Shown one piece after another: positions 47,417 to 60,500 of a stretch of DNA of 64,000 nucleotides. The stretch covers positions 1-64,000 of the forward strand of contig MU008151.1 of NCBI GenBank assembly GCA_010909165.1, read 5' to 3'. Source of the stretch: Anthoceros angustus (lineage: Eukaryota; Plantae; Anthocerotophyta). A program made the position numbers and the translations under genes. Each line of letters begins with the position of its first letter. The first letter of the stretch is position 1. Under the pieces are notes generated by a model that was not told the origin of the DNA, did no database searches, and saw nothing but the letters and a program-made list of their open reading frames with translations.

Positions 47417-48304
47417 TCAGTATTTGGAAGGAGTCACGGGCGGAGGGTGAGGAGAGTAAACAGGTGGAAGTGTCTCGGGAGTCTTGGGAACCTTGTAATC
47501 AGGCTTCTTCACCTCGGGAATTTTGGGAACCTTGGGAACCTTGTATTCAGGCTTCTTCACCTCGGGAATCTTGGGAACCTTGGGAACCTTGTATTCAGGC
47601 GTCTTCACCTCAGGCTTCTTGTACTTCGGCTTCTTGTCCTCCGGCTTCTTGTACTTTGGCAACTTGTCCTCGGGCTTCTTGTACTTCGGCAACTTTTCCT
47701 CTGGCTTCGTGTACACGAGCTTCTTGTACTCGGGCTCCTCGACCTCTAGCTTCTTGTAAGCTGGCTTCTTGTACTCTGGCTCCTTCTTCTCCTCGGGCTT
47801 CTTCTCCTTCTCGGGCTCCTTGTCCTCATGCTTCTCCTCCGGTAATTTCTTGTACTCAGGCTTCTTGTACTCAGGCTTCTTGTACTCAGGCTTCTTGTAC
47901 TCGGGCTTCTTGTCGTCGTCGTTCACCTTGGGGTAAGGAATGTGGACGGGCTTGGATGGTGGAGGGGGTGACTTGTAAACGTACTTGGGAGGGGGAGGAG
48001 GAGGAGAGTGAACTGGTGGTGGGGGAGACTTGTAATCGTACTTCGGAGGAGGATAGCTCTCCTTTTCCTTCTTGTGTCCCTCGGGCTTGTCCTCCTTCGG
48101 CTTCTTGTATGGCTTGTGCTCCTCATCCTTCTTCACATACTTCTTGGGACCCACGTCGCCATAGCCAGGCAGCTTTACACCAGGAACAGGAACAGGGGCG
48201 GTGGTGTAAGTCAGGAGAGATCTGCTGGCACCAACCTCCTGAGCCACATTGGCGATCCCTGCAATGAAAAGAACCACAAACAGGCAAATTGCTCTGCGCC
48301 CCAT
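47417..48304 (-). CDS. Secreted extensin/proline-rich cell-wall protein with KKPEY repeats (295 aa)
   Basis: Signal peptide MGRRAICLFVVLFIAG..., YDYKSPPPP and YVYKSPPPP (YxY crosslink motif), many KKPEY and KVPK repeats. Confidence 0.85.
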   Translation of the reverse strand: MGRRAICLFVVLFIAGIANVAQEVGASRSLLTYTTAPVPVPGVKLPGYGDVGPKKYVKKDEEHKPYKKPKEDKPEGHKKEKESYPPPKYDYKSPPPPVHSPPPPPPKYVYKSPPPPSKPVHIPYPKVNDDDKKPEYKKPEYKKPEYKKPEYKKLPEEKHEDKEPEKEKKPEEKKEPEYKKPAYKKLEVEEPEYKKLVYTKPEEKLPKYKKPEDKLPKYKKPEDKKPKYKKPEVKTPEYKVPKVPKIPEVKKPEYKVPKVPKIPEVKKPDYKVPKTPETLPPVYSPHPPPVTPSKY

Positions 48305-50279
48305 TCTCGAGCGCCTCGCGTCCTCAAATCTCCTCTGTCGCTTCAATGAATTAGAACCAAAAGAGAACTGGTGACTTGACAATCTGCACTGCCCATTATA
48401 TACTGAGCTCTTGGTGCCCGCATCCAATGCACGCACTGTAGCCATGTCTTCGTTTGTGTGCCTTGAACAGGACCAGACTGCCCAAAACTGGCCAGGCTAG
48501 TTCGTGTAATCAACGTGGACGGTCAAGGAGAGGAGCTTTTCTCGAGGTAGGCAGAGACGTCCAAATCCACCCGCAACTGCAGGGATCAAACTGCGAGCTT
48601 CAAGTACATCCGCAGGCCTGTGCTGAACACGAGGGGATTGAATTTCCTTAGTTTGGCCAAAGGCTTGAATGTTACACAGCCCGACAAGCAGGTCTGGCAC
48701 TGGCCCACCAGCACCACTTGCCAGTTGTCATCAACATGGTGTGATCCATGCTTGAATCCGACAATAGCTGAAGGGAAGGTTGATTTTACAATGTGGACGA
48801 AGGCAGGCAGAGACATGCAATGCTTGTCCTAAAATGGGCTCCAACCCATGTTACTCACATACGAAGGAAGGAAGTCACTGCACGAAGGGACGTGACTTCC
48901 TTTCGCTCCTACTGTCAGCAAAACTCGACAAAACTCAGAACGCGGGGAGACGTGGGCCACGAACTTTTTTCACTTCCATGCGTCGTTCACTTCACAATCT
49001 ACAAGCTTCTCGTGCAGTGAGAGCCTTCTTCATCTTGCAACTGCGAGGGCTAAAGAACCTTCTCTTGCAGGGAAAGATGGTTTTTTATTGAGGTGAAAGC
49101 CCATCCAGGAGGGGACAACCAAACGGGACCCGGGGGTCGAGGTGGAAAGGAGCAACTGAGCTCCCCACCTAAAGTTACCTGGCAGGGAAAGCTCTCTTCA
49201 TCTCACAACTGCGAGCACTAAAGGGAAGGTGGAGCAAGAGATTGGAAATGTGTGCATTGTTGGTTAGAATGTTATAATAATTCAGGATGCAGATCCGTGA
49301 ACACTCAGGACTCTGGTGACCCGTCCCCGCAATCCCACTCATCACCCTCCACAAGGGCAGTTGCTCTCGTGCTAGCTCCGTACTTTTCTGCGACAAGGAG
49401 GGACCCGCAATCGTTTCGCAGCCGGGAGCGGCGAAGAGAGACAGAATGCCAGTAGATCTATCTACCTACTGTAGGAAAGGAGCAAATTGTCAGGGAAGAA
49501 TGTCTCATCCGGAATCTGAAATACTTTCCTGAGCAAATTTCTCGGGAACAACGATAATGATTGCCAAGGCTTTCACTCATCAACCACCAACCACCGTACC
49601 TGGATGGGCTCACCGTTTCTCTCACCCTATGGGACTATGTCGTCCTGCAGCTCACTGCTCCAAGCCCGTGTGCTGGACCACTGAACCACTGAACCCACCA
49701 GACCTACCGCTGGGCCCAGTCACGATTATCAGTGGTATCATGCGCAGTACAAAGTTTGGTGTTGCTAGATTCTTCATCACCTTCCGAGTATCCTGCTGGC
49801 ATTCAAAGAGGCCACTGTAGAGTGTAAAAGCCACTTAGAATGCTGGGAGGATACTTGGGAGGCAACGAAGGTTGAAGTGAAGCCCTCTGCGTTTAGGACA
49901 TGCTCACAGCTGGAAGACAAGTTCAACGGAACACCCGACATTGGATTGGATCCAGATGTGGATGCCTGATTCAGCTCTACTGCCTGCTTTGAAGAAATGG
50001 AATGGGAAAGTGAACAGACAAGAAGCGTTCCTGGCTGAGAAGCTCATCCTGGAAGGACACTCCTTAGTACTCTCTGGCCAATGGCCAGAGACGTGGGAGG
50101 ATGGTTGTGATGCTCATTGAGCTGCACCTTGGGGATTGAAGCAGTGAAATCCGGAGGAGTTCTCAGAAAATGCGTGGATAGACGAGGTGAGATGCATGCG
50201 AAAGGGGAATTGACGTGCCGCGCACCTACGACTTGAAAGGCAAGCCCGAGCCAGGAAGGGAGGAGAGCAGGAGCAGGAC

Positions 50280-50420
50280 GGGCAGGTATACAGGAGGAGG
50301 ATGACCAGGTATACAAGAAGGAGGACCAGCAGGTATACAGGAGGAGGACCAGCAGGTATACAAGAAGGAGGACCAGCAGGTATACAGGAGGAGGATGAGC
50401 GGGTATGCAGGAGGAGGAGC
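50280..50420 (+). repeat. 23-bp minisatellite, about 6 copies
   Basis: Unit ccagcaggtataca(g/a)ga(g/a)ggagga. Confidence 0.8.
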
Positions 50421-51554
50421 ACCACAACGACAGGAGGAAGAAACGAGGAGAGCGACAGTCCTGAGAAAAGAAGGACGACGACTGGAGAAAAATCGGAACA
50501 AGACGACAGGGGATAATGAGGAGGGCGACAGGAGGAGGGGAGAGCCTAGGCCCTAAACGACTGCACTAGGGTTTCCAATCTGGGGAACAGTGCCTGAACA
50601 CGGAAATGCACAGGCACATGAAGAATTGCGGGTCTTGTGGATGATGGTGGGCTCAAGTTTCGAAGCTTTGAACAATTCAAGCTAGCACGTATTGGGAAGT
50701 TGGGATCGCTGAGCTGTTGAGGAATTCCAAAATGAGGTAGCTTTCTCCATGCCTACTGCCACTGCCATTGGAGGGGCCGATCCCCTATTTCCTGCCGGAA
50801 AAAGTGCAGTGCACGACCACTTTCTACGGGGTTGCCCGTCCACCCCGTGCACCTTCCACTGTCAATTGGTTTGCTCATTTTGATGAGGAAGGGAGTGGTT
50901 GTATTGCACTGCTTGTTTTATTTTACTGTCACAGTTGCAGGTCAAGAAAGTATGAACAGGGTAGGTTCATTGGTCATCCGACTAGTACCTGGTCTGCGAT
51001 CACCGTCCGTAACGAAAAGTGGGAATGGCCTCTTGTAGAAAAACATCCCGGGCAAGCCAACGTGCCGCAATCAGGAGCTTCTAATAACTTCAGATGTGCA
51101 TGGTTAACATCTCGGCTTCCTTGAGATTGCCGGTGAACGATTTCCTTTTGTGACATCCTGTGACCATGTAAGGACCACGCTGTAAATGCCTTGCGTCGGA
51201 ATTGACGACCTTCAGTTCCTCATCACGTTGATCGACTGAGGAGACGAAAGAGTAAAGAGTCCGTGTGTTGCAGGATCAATGCAGCCAGCAGCGGCACCAA
51301 AGTCTGTGTGTTGGAGATCAATGCAGCCAGCAGCGGCACCAAGCTGAGCTGAGACACAACTCCATCCCACCAGGTTAACACCCGGAACTCGGTAAGTCAC
51401 TCTACCGGACTTATTTACCGTTACAGTATAAAATAAAATTTCATGATCAATCAGGACCGAGGGGTTCGTCCAATTAGGTACACAAAAGAAGTGTTGGCTG
51501 CTCTGCAGGTTGGCCTTTCGCATGGAAGGGCATTCATGAATTAGCGTTTCAATT

Positions 51555-53336
51555 TTAGATTTCAGGTGCCTTGGCCAACTCCTCCTCAATCAAACCAATG
51601 CACTCACCAACAGATTTCCGTTCAGACATGGCTGACGTTAACTTCGAGTGTAGATTCTTGTGCCGGCGCAGTAATGTTATAGTGTTGAGAACAGCCCATC
51701 GAATCTGCGAGTCAGCTTTCTTCTGGGTGAACCTTAAGCCCTTCAGAAGCCGATCGAGCTGCATTACCAACGTTTGAAAAATCATTTCATCTTACACAAA
51801 GTAAAACAGCTATTGAAAAAACCGCTACGACGATGTAAGCAGCATGTTGATATGACGATGAAAGGCTAGACTACCTGGTTCAGATCAGCAAGACCACCCT
51901 CCGCAACACCAAATGACAAATATTCTGTCGCCACTCCAGCTAAGGCAATGCATGAGAACTTATCCAGCATCTGCAGAACACACCTGGAGTCTTCAGCACA
52001 AAAGCAACTTGCCATGGAAAGTTGTGGCTCTAAAAGCACTCGATCTTACATAAAGAACAAGATGCTTACCGTAGATGATAGTTTTCCAGACGCTACCTGC
52101 AAATCCCAGGACGAAAGCTAGCGTACTTTAGAACTACAACACTGAGAGATTGAAGCAAGCCATGTGCCACTCTGGTTGAAAGTTACCTCTTCCTGAAACT
52201 CAAAATCAACGAAAGTAGTTCCTGCTTGAACGTTGAAAGCGCCATATTTCCGAAAAGCCTCAAAGCTTGACAGTGTATATTCCTTGGGAAGGATTCCAAC
52301 AAGATAGGATATCAAGAAGTGGCCTGCCTCGTGCTGCTTAGCATCAAAGACGAACGTCAGAGCGAATCCTGACCCTGTGTGGAAAAGAGACGAGGCAACT
52401 GATCTGCAGAATCAAGTGAAGCCGTATACTCACTTGTGCAACCCTGTCTTTGTATTTGCTGCTCAGTATCCTTCCAAGGGAGTCAAGAAGCAAACTTTCT
52501 AAACCCCCTCCGTTTATGATCTGCAGATGATCAGTATAGATAGCCTCACAACCTGCTTTCTAAAGGAGAGGTTCACAAAGAGGAACCCAGGAACTCGTTG
52601 GAAGGGCAGTGCCAAACCTGATCCAGACTTCCAAGGAACAGAAACGAAACGACAGCCGCAAGTAACTGATATTGATCGAGTCCAAGAGTCTGCCACGCAG
52701 CAATGCCGCCTGCAGCAGCCGCAATCTGCAACGTTCGCCGCACTCCGCCAAGAGTTGCATCAGTGGGAGAAAGAAAGCGTGAAGTGTCAATCTTGTTCAG
52801 TCGCAGTTCTTCCAGGGTGTAAATCCTCTGAGGGACCTACACAAGATGCGTCATTCAGCTGTCCATTCTCTCCTTACGACGCTCCTGCTCGATAGCCATC
52901 CCAACACCAGCGAAGGGCACAGACATGCTAACCTACCCTACTGTGAGTCATGAGGTCTTCGAATTTCCAAACAAGTACAGAATTTCCAAGGAGAGAAGAC
53001 ACATACTTGAGCTGCTCCACCAAAACCACGCAGCCCTGACTCTCCTTGCCGAGCTCTGGCAAGAGCCAAAGCTCCTCTGTCATTGCCAATTCCCAGCTCT
53101 TCATCCAACGCCTTCAGCAATTCAATCCTCCCCAGCTCACCATTCCTCAGTAGCTCCAGCTTCCTTTCAAATCTTTCCCCAGCATCATACTGCTGCTTAT
53201 TGTTAGCATCAAGCGCACAGCGACTGATATTATCGGACCTCCAGACTTTCCGATCATTATGCTTCACAGTACAACAATCTGCACGAAAACCAAAGCCAAA
53301 CAAAGACGAGCCGTGGCTCGCAAGGAGGGCCTCCAT
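51555..53336 (-). CDS. Plastid peptidase M41-like (HEAGH) protein of the At5g27290 stress-regulated type
   Basis: Spliced peptides GFGGAAQ|VPQRIYTLEELRLN...SPTDATLG, RVAQ|HEAGHFLISYLVGILP, CIALAGVATEY, FTQKKADSQIRWAVLNT; 7 exons. Confidence 0.9.
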
Positions 53337-53403
53337 AGGAAGATAACAGTGGGCAAAAGTATCCTTTTTAGGATTAATTTGTGTCCCCTTGCGGGGGTTG
53401 GGA

Positions 53404-53599
53404 GGGGTGCGCCAGGCAATGGAGATAGTGCAATACCAAAGCGACGCGCGCAGAGCCGGAGTAGCAAGCTATTCCATGAGGCCTGCACCCTGAGAGAAAT
53501 TAGATTAATATCATGTGGATCGATGATCCACGTATCAGATATTAAACTGATAAGAACAGATACTACACTTGATCTTAGCCAAAAGGCCGAGAAAGGTAT
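53404..53599 (-). ncRNA. U2: U2 snRNA, copy 2
   Basis: First ~70 nt identical to copy 1. Stem IIb differs by structure-preserving changes (GUGGAUC/GAUCCAC vs GUGGGUC/GACUCAC). Confidence 0.97.
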
Positions 53600-53661
53600 G
53601 AGATTTGATTGCTAGGGGTGCAGGACTTATACCGCGGGCTCGACGGCGGTCGTTTCCTTAG

Positions 53662-53672
53662 CAATATGGGGT
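53662..53672 (-). promoter_or_regulatory. USE variant ACCCCATATTG of U2 copy 2
   Basis: At -63 to -73, with TATAAG near -30. Confidence 0.75.
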
Positions 53673-53816
53673 AAACACCTGCCTTAAGAGCACGCATTTC
53701 CTCTTACCTCCGGCAATAACATCTCACATAGACCTTGGAAAGACGTGGGTATTTTTTTTCGGAATGGATCATGGGTTGCTCCTCAAAATTGAACAAGTGA
53801 CGAAGGCAAGTCCAGG

Positions 53817-55786
53817 CTACTCCCCGGGGAATCTCACCGAGGCAGAGTAGTTCTTAATCCTACGAGCTTCCTCTTGCCTTGCGGCGATCAACCTTACTTT
53901 AGAGACCAGCTGCTGAAGAGACTCTGCTTTGCCGTCACCACCAAAGCCCCTGTAGTCTTCCTCTGCAAAGTCCTCCGGCAGGCCGTCTGAAGGGACGTCT
54001 GCCTTTGGGTTGGCCGCAAGCTCTACAGCAGCCACGTTTCCAGGGTCTCCCTCCCTCTCAAAAAACTTCTCTATTTCCTCTAACGTCTTCCCTTTGGTTT
54101 CTGGTACACGGAAGTAGATGAAACAAATGGACAAGCCTGCAATCACTGCAAATAAGAAGAAGATCCCAGCTGGAGTTATGGCATCTGACAGACTTAGGAA
54201 GGAAAGAGCGACCACCCCGCTGACAACCCTGTTAGTTGCCGTTCCAAGGCCCATAGCTTGTGACCTGAGCCTCAGAGGAAAAATTTCGGATGTCAGCACC
54301 CAACAGATGGGTCCAAACCCGATGGAGAAGAAAGACACATAAGTGCAAGTAGCCACAATGGCCAGCACAACAGGGAGTCCAACTCCACTCCCAGCTCCTT
54401 CAAGCTGCACGGGCAGCTGAGATCCGGGACCTTGGGACTTGACGTTGAGAAGCACAAACCCGACAGCTAGGACAGCTAGAGAGATGGTCATCCCTGTGGC
54501 ACTAACAAATAAGAGAGGCCGTCGGCCGACCCGGTCAAGCCAGATAGTGGCGACAAGAATAAAAGCGGTCTTGAAAAACCCAACAGCAACAGTTGCCCCC
54601 AGAATTCCTGACTTGCTGGTGATGCCAGCTTCGTTGAAGACAGTCGGACTATAATATACCGTTGCATCAATACCAGAGGCCTGCTGGAAAAACTGAATGC
54701 CTAAAGCTACTATAAGCATCCTCCGTACAGGTGGCGTCGGGAAGAGCAGTTCACGCCAAACACCCTCACCTTGACCTTTCTCGTGCATGCCTGGAGTGAC
54801 CTGCCACATTTTCCCAATGACATTCCCCTTGTTAGAACCATCCTCCAATTGTACTGACGCATCCAGCCCGGCAGCCGACACTATCTCCTGCAATCGCATA
54901 TCTGCCTCCGCTTTACTAGAAGAGGTCTTTACAAGGACCTGCTCAGCTTCTGCCAATCTGTTCTGAGTTACTAGCCAACGTGGGGATTCTGGCATGACCA
55001 GCACCCCAGCAGCAAGCACAACAGCAGGAATGACCCCCACACCAAGCATCAACCGCCAGCCGAGATGCGTGGGCAACCCAGCAAGTAAGAAACTTGAAAT
55101 GTACCCCATCAGAATCCCAACATTGATAAAGATCTCTTGAAGCGAAACTAGTGAACCCCGAGTTCCAGCAGGAGAAACCTCTGCAGTGTAAACTGGTGCA
55201 ATCATGAGAGCAAAACCGACCCCAATGCCCGCAATAATGCGGCCCAGCATCAAAATGGAAAATGAGGGAGCCAATCCCATCAGAGCAGCTCCCACAAAGA
55301 AAATGACTGAAGCCACAGCCATCGTCTTCCTCCTACCTACTACATCTGAAAGCTTCCCAGCCACTCCTGCTCCCACAAGGGATACCAGATTCAAAGAGCC
55401 CACAAGCAACTCCACCTGCAATTTTTTAATCTTCAGATCGTCCTTGATGAAAAGCACAGCACCACTCATGACCCCGATATCTGCACAATCCATTCAACCA
55501 ACCAGCTAAGTCAACTGACTCTGCTTGCATTGCCGGTAACAAAGCTCTGGATTGAAGTATGGTTCTCATCAAGTCGTATTCAGCAAAGGAACGTACCATA
55601 GCCTAGCAGGCTGGAATTGAAGGAGGCCAGCAACGCGCACCCCAAGGCATATTTGTTCAATCCCGGAGGTCTGGGGCCGGAATTGTGGTGATCCTCAGTC
55701 AAACGCTCGTACCCGTTTGTCTGCTTCAATATGCCAGTAACTGAATCCAAGGTACTTGTTGGGCTTCCCACTCCGAGTTCCGCCAT
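53817..55786 (-). CDS. PLT: Polyol/monosaccharide transporter (MFS sugar porter, PLT/PMT type)
   Basis: Exons 55786-55597 and 55480-53817. NKYALGCALLAS..LLGY|DIGVMSGA, PESPRWL, IQFFQQASGIDATVYYSP, DRVGRRPL, SEIFPLRLR, VPETKGKTLEEI. Confidence 0.95.
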
Positions 55787-57352
55787 TGCTTGAAATGCAC
55801 ACGGATCATGCCCAAGCGATAGATATTGCAGCAATCCACAAAAGCTACAACCTTCTCCTCCCCGTCATCAAAAAGACCGGCCCATGCCACCCGATTGGTG
55901 TGGCCCAAATAGCAGCAGTAACACTGCAGATCTGGATCCGGGCAGCAGAATTGAGGGGACCCCAGCCGAGATCCAATAGAGCGCGGTTCTCAAAGTGCAT
56001 TCTCCCAGGAAGCATTAACACTGGAACCTGGCCATGAAACCTAAAACTGCGAAAGCTCTGAGAAGGAGGGCCTGGTCACCTCCGATTCCGGCTCGGACAG
56101 AGACGCTACTCCACCATATGCACTGGCTCTTGCTCCTTCCCAATCCCAACCATCAGCCAGGCCATGTAGGAGACTCAATCAGTCTCATCTGCAAGAGGTG
56201 AATGCACGACAGAATGCCAACTACTGTCGCCAAACTCCCAGGCCAGCACTTCCTGGTCCTAATTTAGAGCACTTGTCACTGGAGAAAGTCTGCCTTCCTC
56301 CTGCGACACCAAACGCAAATGCAGCATAAATCTCGTGCGAAACCTGGTGCACTAAACTGCAAATCCAGGGCAGTTGAAACCCACGTGCAACACTCCGGGA
56401 AGGGGCGACAGCAAATGCCCTCGCTATAGTCGCCTCTGTAAATGTGGAAAAGGTTACCGCTACCGGCCAAGCGGGGGCTAAACAGCCTCTCCCTCGTGCT
56501 TCACCCGACTATGCCTAAATGTCAAGCTGCTGGAGGATGATGCTTGTTATGGCCCCCTGATCATGGCCGTCATTAACCAGTTTCAGAAGTGCATACTTGC
56601 GGTGCGCACAGTGGATTCAGGAGCCAAAGATGGCGGCTGCTTCAACATCAAGAAGGCAGCTGCTGCAAAGAACCTTCAAGACAGGGCCGTTCTCCCTCCT
56701 TCCTTTGGTTCTTGCGTCTTGAACTTCATCTCCTTTTGACACTCAGGGATGGCCCTCCTTGCTTGCGCAGATCCGTAGGCGCCTTTCCTGTGGACTCCGT
56801 AATTCTCCGATCCCTAGCTAGCAATTCCATCGAGTCATCTCGCCTTGCAGTGCTGGTCTGAGCGGGATAGAAGTGAGCAACTACCATGGGACGGCAGCAT
56901 GTAAGAACATAACTGAGGTGAAGTGGTGAGCCAAGCTTTTGCTTATGATCTGCTGCTCTGTTGTTTATGCTGCCCCAGGAGTGTTAGTATGGACTCCCAA
57001 CGGTCTGGCAAGGAGCCTGGAGGCTATCAAGCTGGAAGCATACTCAATGCATTAGGATCCTTGTGCAGGCCTGTAGCCTGTCCTTTCTTTCATAGACCAA
57101 AGTTTTCGAACCCCATGGCTTCTCTAAAGGTCCCCACTCCATGCAGGCAGTTACAAGCCTTCAAAGGACGCAGCAGTGATGCTTCTGCATTGGATGCAAC
57201 AGCCAAAAGGGGGCCATCTGGTGAAAAATGCTGCTGAGGATGCAGCGAATGTCCATCCGTGATACAAGCATTGCAAATGCCCGTTCTCTGGCTGTGCGAT
57301 GCAGGTCATTTGACAGCTCTATAAACAATTAAGAACCCATTGTGAACGTGAA

Positions 57353-57425
57353 GCTCCCGTGGCCTAATGGATAAGGCATCTGACTTCTAATCAGGGGATT
57401 GCGGGTTCGAGTCCCGCCGGGGGTG
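57353..57425 (+). tRNA. trnR-UCU: tRNA-Arg (anticodon UCU)
   Basis: Full cloverleaf with A box TGGCCTAATGG, B box GGTTCGAGTCC, anticodon loop CT-TCT-AA and a TTTT terminator right after. Confidence 0.96.
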
Positions 57426-57459
57426 TTTTAGCCACCTGATCATAAATCGTTTTACACTT

Positions 57460-57535
57460 AATTGAGCGACAAAGTTAGAGTTCTTTTGTTGTGTCACAAT
57501 ATTGAGCGACAAAGTTAGAGTTCATTTGTTGTTGC
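57460..57535 (+). repeat. 41-bp direct duplication downstream of the tRNA
   Basis: attgagcgacaaagttagagttc(t/a)tttgttgt twice. Confidence 0.75.
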
Positions 57536-60500
57536 GATAGGGTGAAATGCGCGGGCACAACGAGGGTCACGCCGAGGAGTTGAATTCCCTGGCCAAGATG
57601 TGGTCAGTCACAAATCTTCCGTGCCGGCCTGTGACGCTATGAAAAGCAGCACAGATTGGGGCAGAGGAGGGAGACGCAGAGCCGGAAAGCCATGAATGCG
57701 CATGAGCGGTACCGGGAGCAGGCCGGCTGTCGCCCTGCCCCATTTATTTCACCGTCACGACTCTCTCACGACCCGATGCCAGCAGCAGCAGCAGCAGCAG
57801 CCAGGCAATGGTCTGGCCAGTCAGGCTGCAACTTGCTTCCACGCCAAGCCACACTTTGTTCAGACTCACAGCTCACAGACATGTGCCCTAACAAGGAAGT
57901 GCCAAGGCAAGGAATCGCAAGGCCAGGGCGAGGGAACGCTGTACACATTTGAAAGCGCGGTGTAGTGCGCATTAATGGCGATGAGACAAGCACGGCGTCG
58001 CGGCAGCGCAACAGGCTGCACAACCGGCGTATGTACATAATAGTATGTATGTAGGTATCCACAATCCCCGCGGTACAGGTACATGCAATTGCAAATGCGA
58101 TTTGCAACACTCTCTCTTCTTTTCGGATGTTTGCTTTGTGCTTTGCAGTCTTGCAGTTGCTTTCCCCATTTCTCCGGGGACCCGGTGCGAGTGCCAGGAC
58201 AGTACATACACGGTGCGGGGACGGGCGGGAGATGGCCCTCATGACTGCCGATGATGCTGTAATCATGCCCGATTATGACCTGAGCGCGGAAAGTAGAGAT
58301 TCGGCAGGAAGGGGGAAGGCAGCAGGACAGCCATGGCACTGCAACATGCATATGGATCCGGGGACTACTACATTACGCATGTCAAGACAATGCAACAAGG
58401 CTGATACATAGGTACACAAACATATATTGCATGTATGTTGTAGTCTGCGTAAATGGGAAGAGCAGGCCTGGCCGGACAGCGGCAGAAGCTGCAGGCCAGT
58501 GGCACATCCCACGGAGCCGCAACTGTTACATATATACTGGCAAGAGGAGGTCCAGGTCCAGGTCCAGGTCCAGGTCCAGGTCCTGCTTCTGCTGCTGCTG
58601 CTGCCGCTGCCGCTGCACATGCAGGTACAGTAGTAGCAGTTGCCCGTTTGTACAGTGTACATACAGTTGTGGTGTCTGCTGAGAGCTCTCTCAGAATGAG
58701 AACAGGCTTGCTTTCATTCCTTTTCCCACCTCAAGCCCTTTGTGTACATTGTGGTAAAGTGTACCTTGACCACTGGTGTGGCCCCATGTGTCCTAGCCGC
58801 TACATCCATTGTGGCCTGCTTTTGGCTTGGATCCCGAGGCCCCAACCCACGGCCACGTTGCATGTAGAATACCTCCAGGACCTGCTCCTCCTGGTGTTGC
58901 GTTTGCGTATGCCGATGCAGTGCATGTCCGTTGTGGGTTGTGGCTAGGGTCAAACTGGGGGACGCAAAACGTGTGTGTGGGGAGGCACCAGGCCACATGG
59001 TCAGTGGTCACACTACTCTGATGTCATGCTTAGGACCGCAGGAGCAGCAACGGCAATGGCAGCCTGCAGAAGGTGCAGCAACAAGCTCGGAGGCTGGGAG
59101 TGGTTTGTGACATGGGCGTGAGGCGAGCGCGTTGTGTAGTCCACCGGAGTGTCTGACACGCTACTGTATCGGACTCGGAGGAGAGGAAGAGCAAACCGCG
59201 TGGGTTGGAAAGATGAACCGCGTCGCTGTTGGGCGGACTGCGACACATGTGTGGCGGAGCGCGGTAGCAGGGGGGGGCATTGAAGGCGGCAGCGGGAGGG
59301 GGACGGGGGCCTGGTACATGTGCACGGGCCTGTGTGACGGCATTGATGGAGCTGGCGCGGGCCACAAGAAGGTCCGGGCGACCACGGGGACGTGGCCGCA
59401 TTTATCTCGTTTCCCGTTGCCGTGGCGGACTGGCTGCCCTGGGCCTAGGGCTTCTTGCTCCGGTCCCGTGTCCCGTGAACCGTGGTGTGAAGGGCGTCTC
59501 GGGGATTGGAATTCACGCGGAATGGCAGATATTTCACACGGCGTGAGGACGTGAGGAGGCGGGATCGGGGGCCGCGCTCCGGCCGGGGCGCCGCTTGGGG
59601 GCGCGGGATGTCTCATGTTCATCACTCTCGACTCTCACGCTGCAACAGTGTCTCGGTGTCGGAACCAAATTTGCACAGACACCCTTGCCTCACGCCTGTC
59701 ATTATGCTGCTGATGGAGATGCTTGCAGCTGGAAGGAGAATATGTATGTAGTAGTTCGTTATCAGCAACACAACAGCAGCAACACTGACTTGCCAGTGGA
59801 GCGGGCCTGCTGTTGTGACAGGATGCGGGGTACAGTAGCCTAGGTCCTAGTAGTAGTCGTGTGATGCGCAGGATCCAGGCTCCATCATGCGGCTCCATTG
59901 GTTGGTGCTGCTTTTACGCTGGAGTTGGTGGAGGAGCCCGAGCAGGAGCAGGAGCAGGAGCCGGAGCCGGAGCAGGAGCAGGAGCCGGCTGCCTTCCTTC
60001 CTTCCTTTCCCTCCTTCCGTGTGAGAGAGAATGAGTGATGAATCGTAACATAAACGAAACATTCATGCCAGATCGCGGGAATGAAAACAATGGCAGTGTG
60101 TCAGGTTTAGGCATGGTAATGCAGTCAAAGAAGTTGGTGCTGCAACTCCTAACGCCTTGCACAGCAAGCAATTGAAGGCGGCGCCATGTCAATGCCGGGT
60201 CGCCCTGGCGTGCCGATGCGCACTCACCATCTCTCTCCACCGGGTCATGACGGGTCCGCCACCACCTGCTGCCACTGCGGCTTGCCAACCACTCAACCTC
60301 GACTCGTCCTTAACGACTCCAGCCAGCTGCCTTAGCTGGATTACGAGTCTTCATGCAAGCGAAGACCAGGCTTGCCGCTCACGCGACTCCACTCCCGCCT
60401 GCCTGCCTGCCTTCCAGCTCCACCTCGTCGGAATCGGTCCCCGATCCCCCATCCTGCGCCTGCGCCCCATTCTGCGCTTGCAAGTTACAGCTCTGCCTAG

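Noticed and set aside
50270-50420. CRISPR-like array
   Set aside because: Tandem units without unique spacers in a eukaryotic genome; no CRISPR array anywhere in the window.
55900-57300. ORFs upstream of the polyol transporter
   Set aside because: Short and unrecognisable; cannot be supported as genes.
57353-57425. U3:G70 and G1:U72 wobble pairs suggesting misacylation with Ala
   Set aside because: The Ala identity element is G3:U70, not the reverse, and G1:U72 is normal in plant tRNA-Arg.
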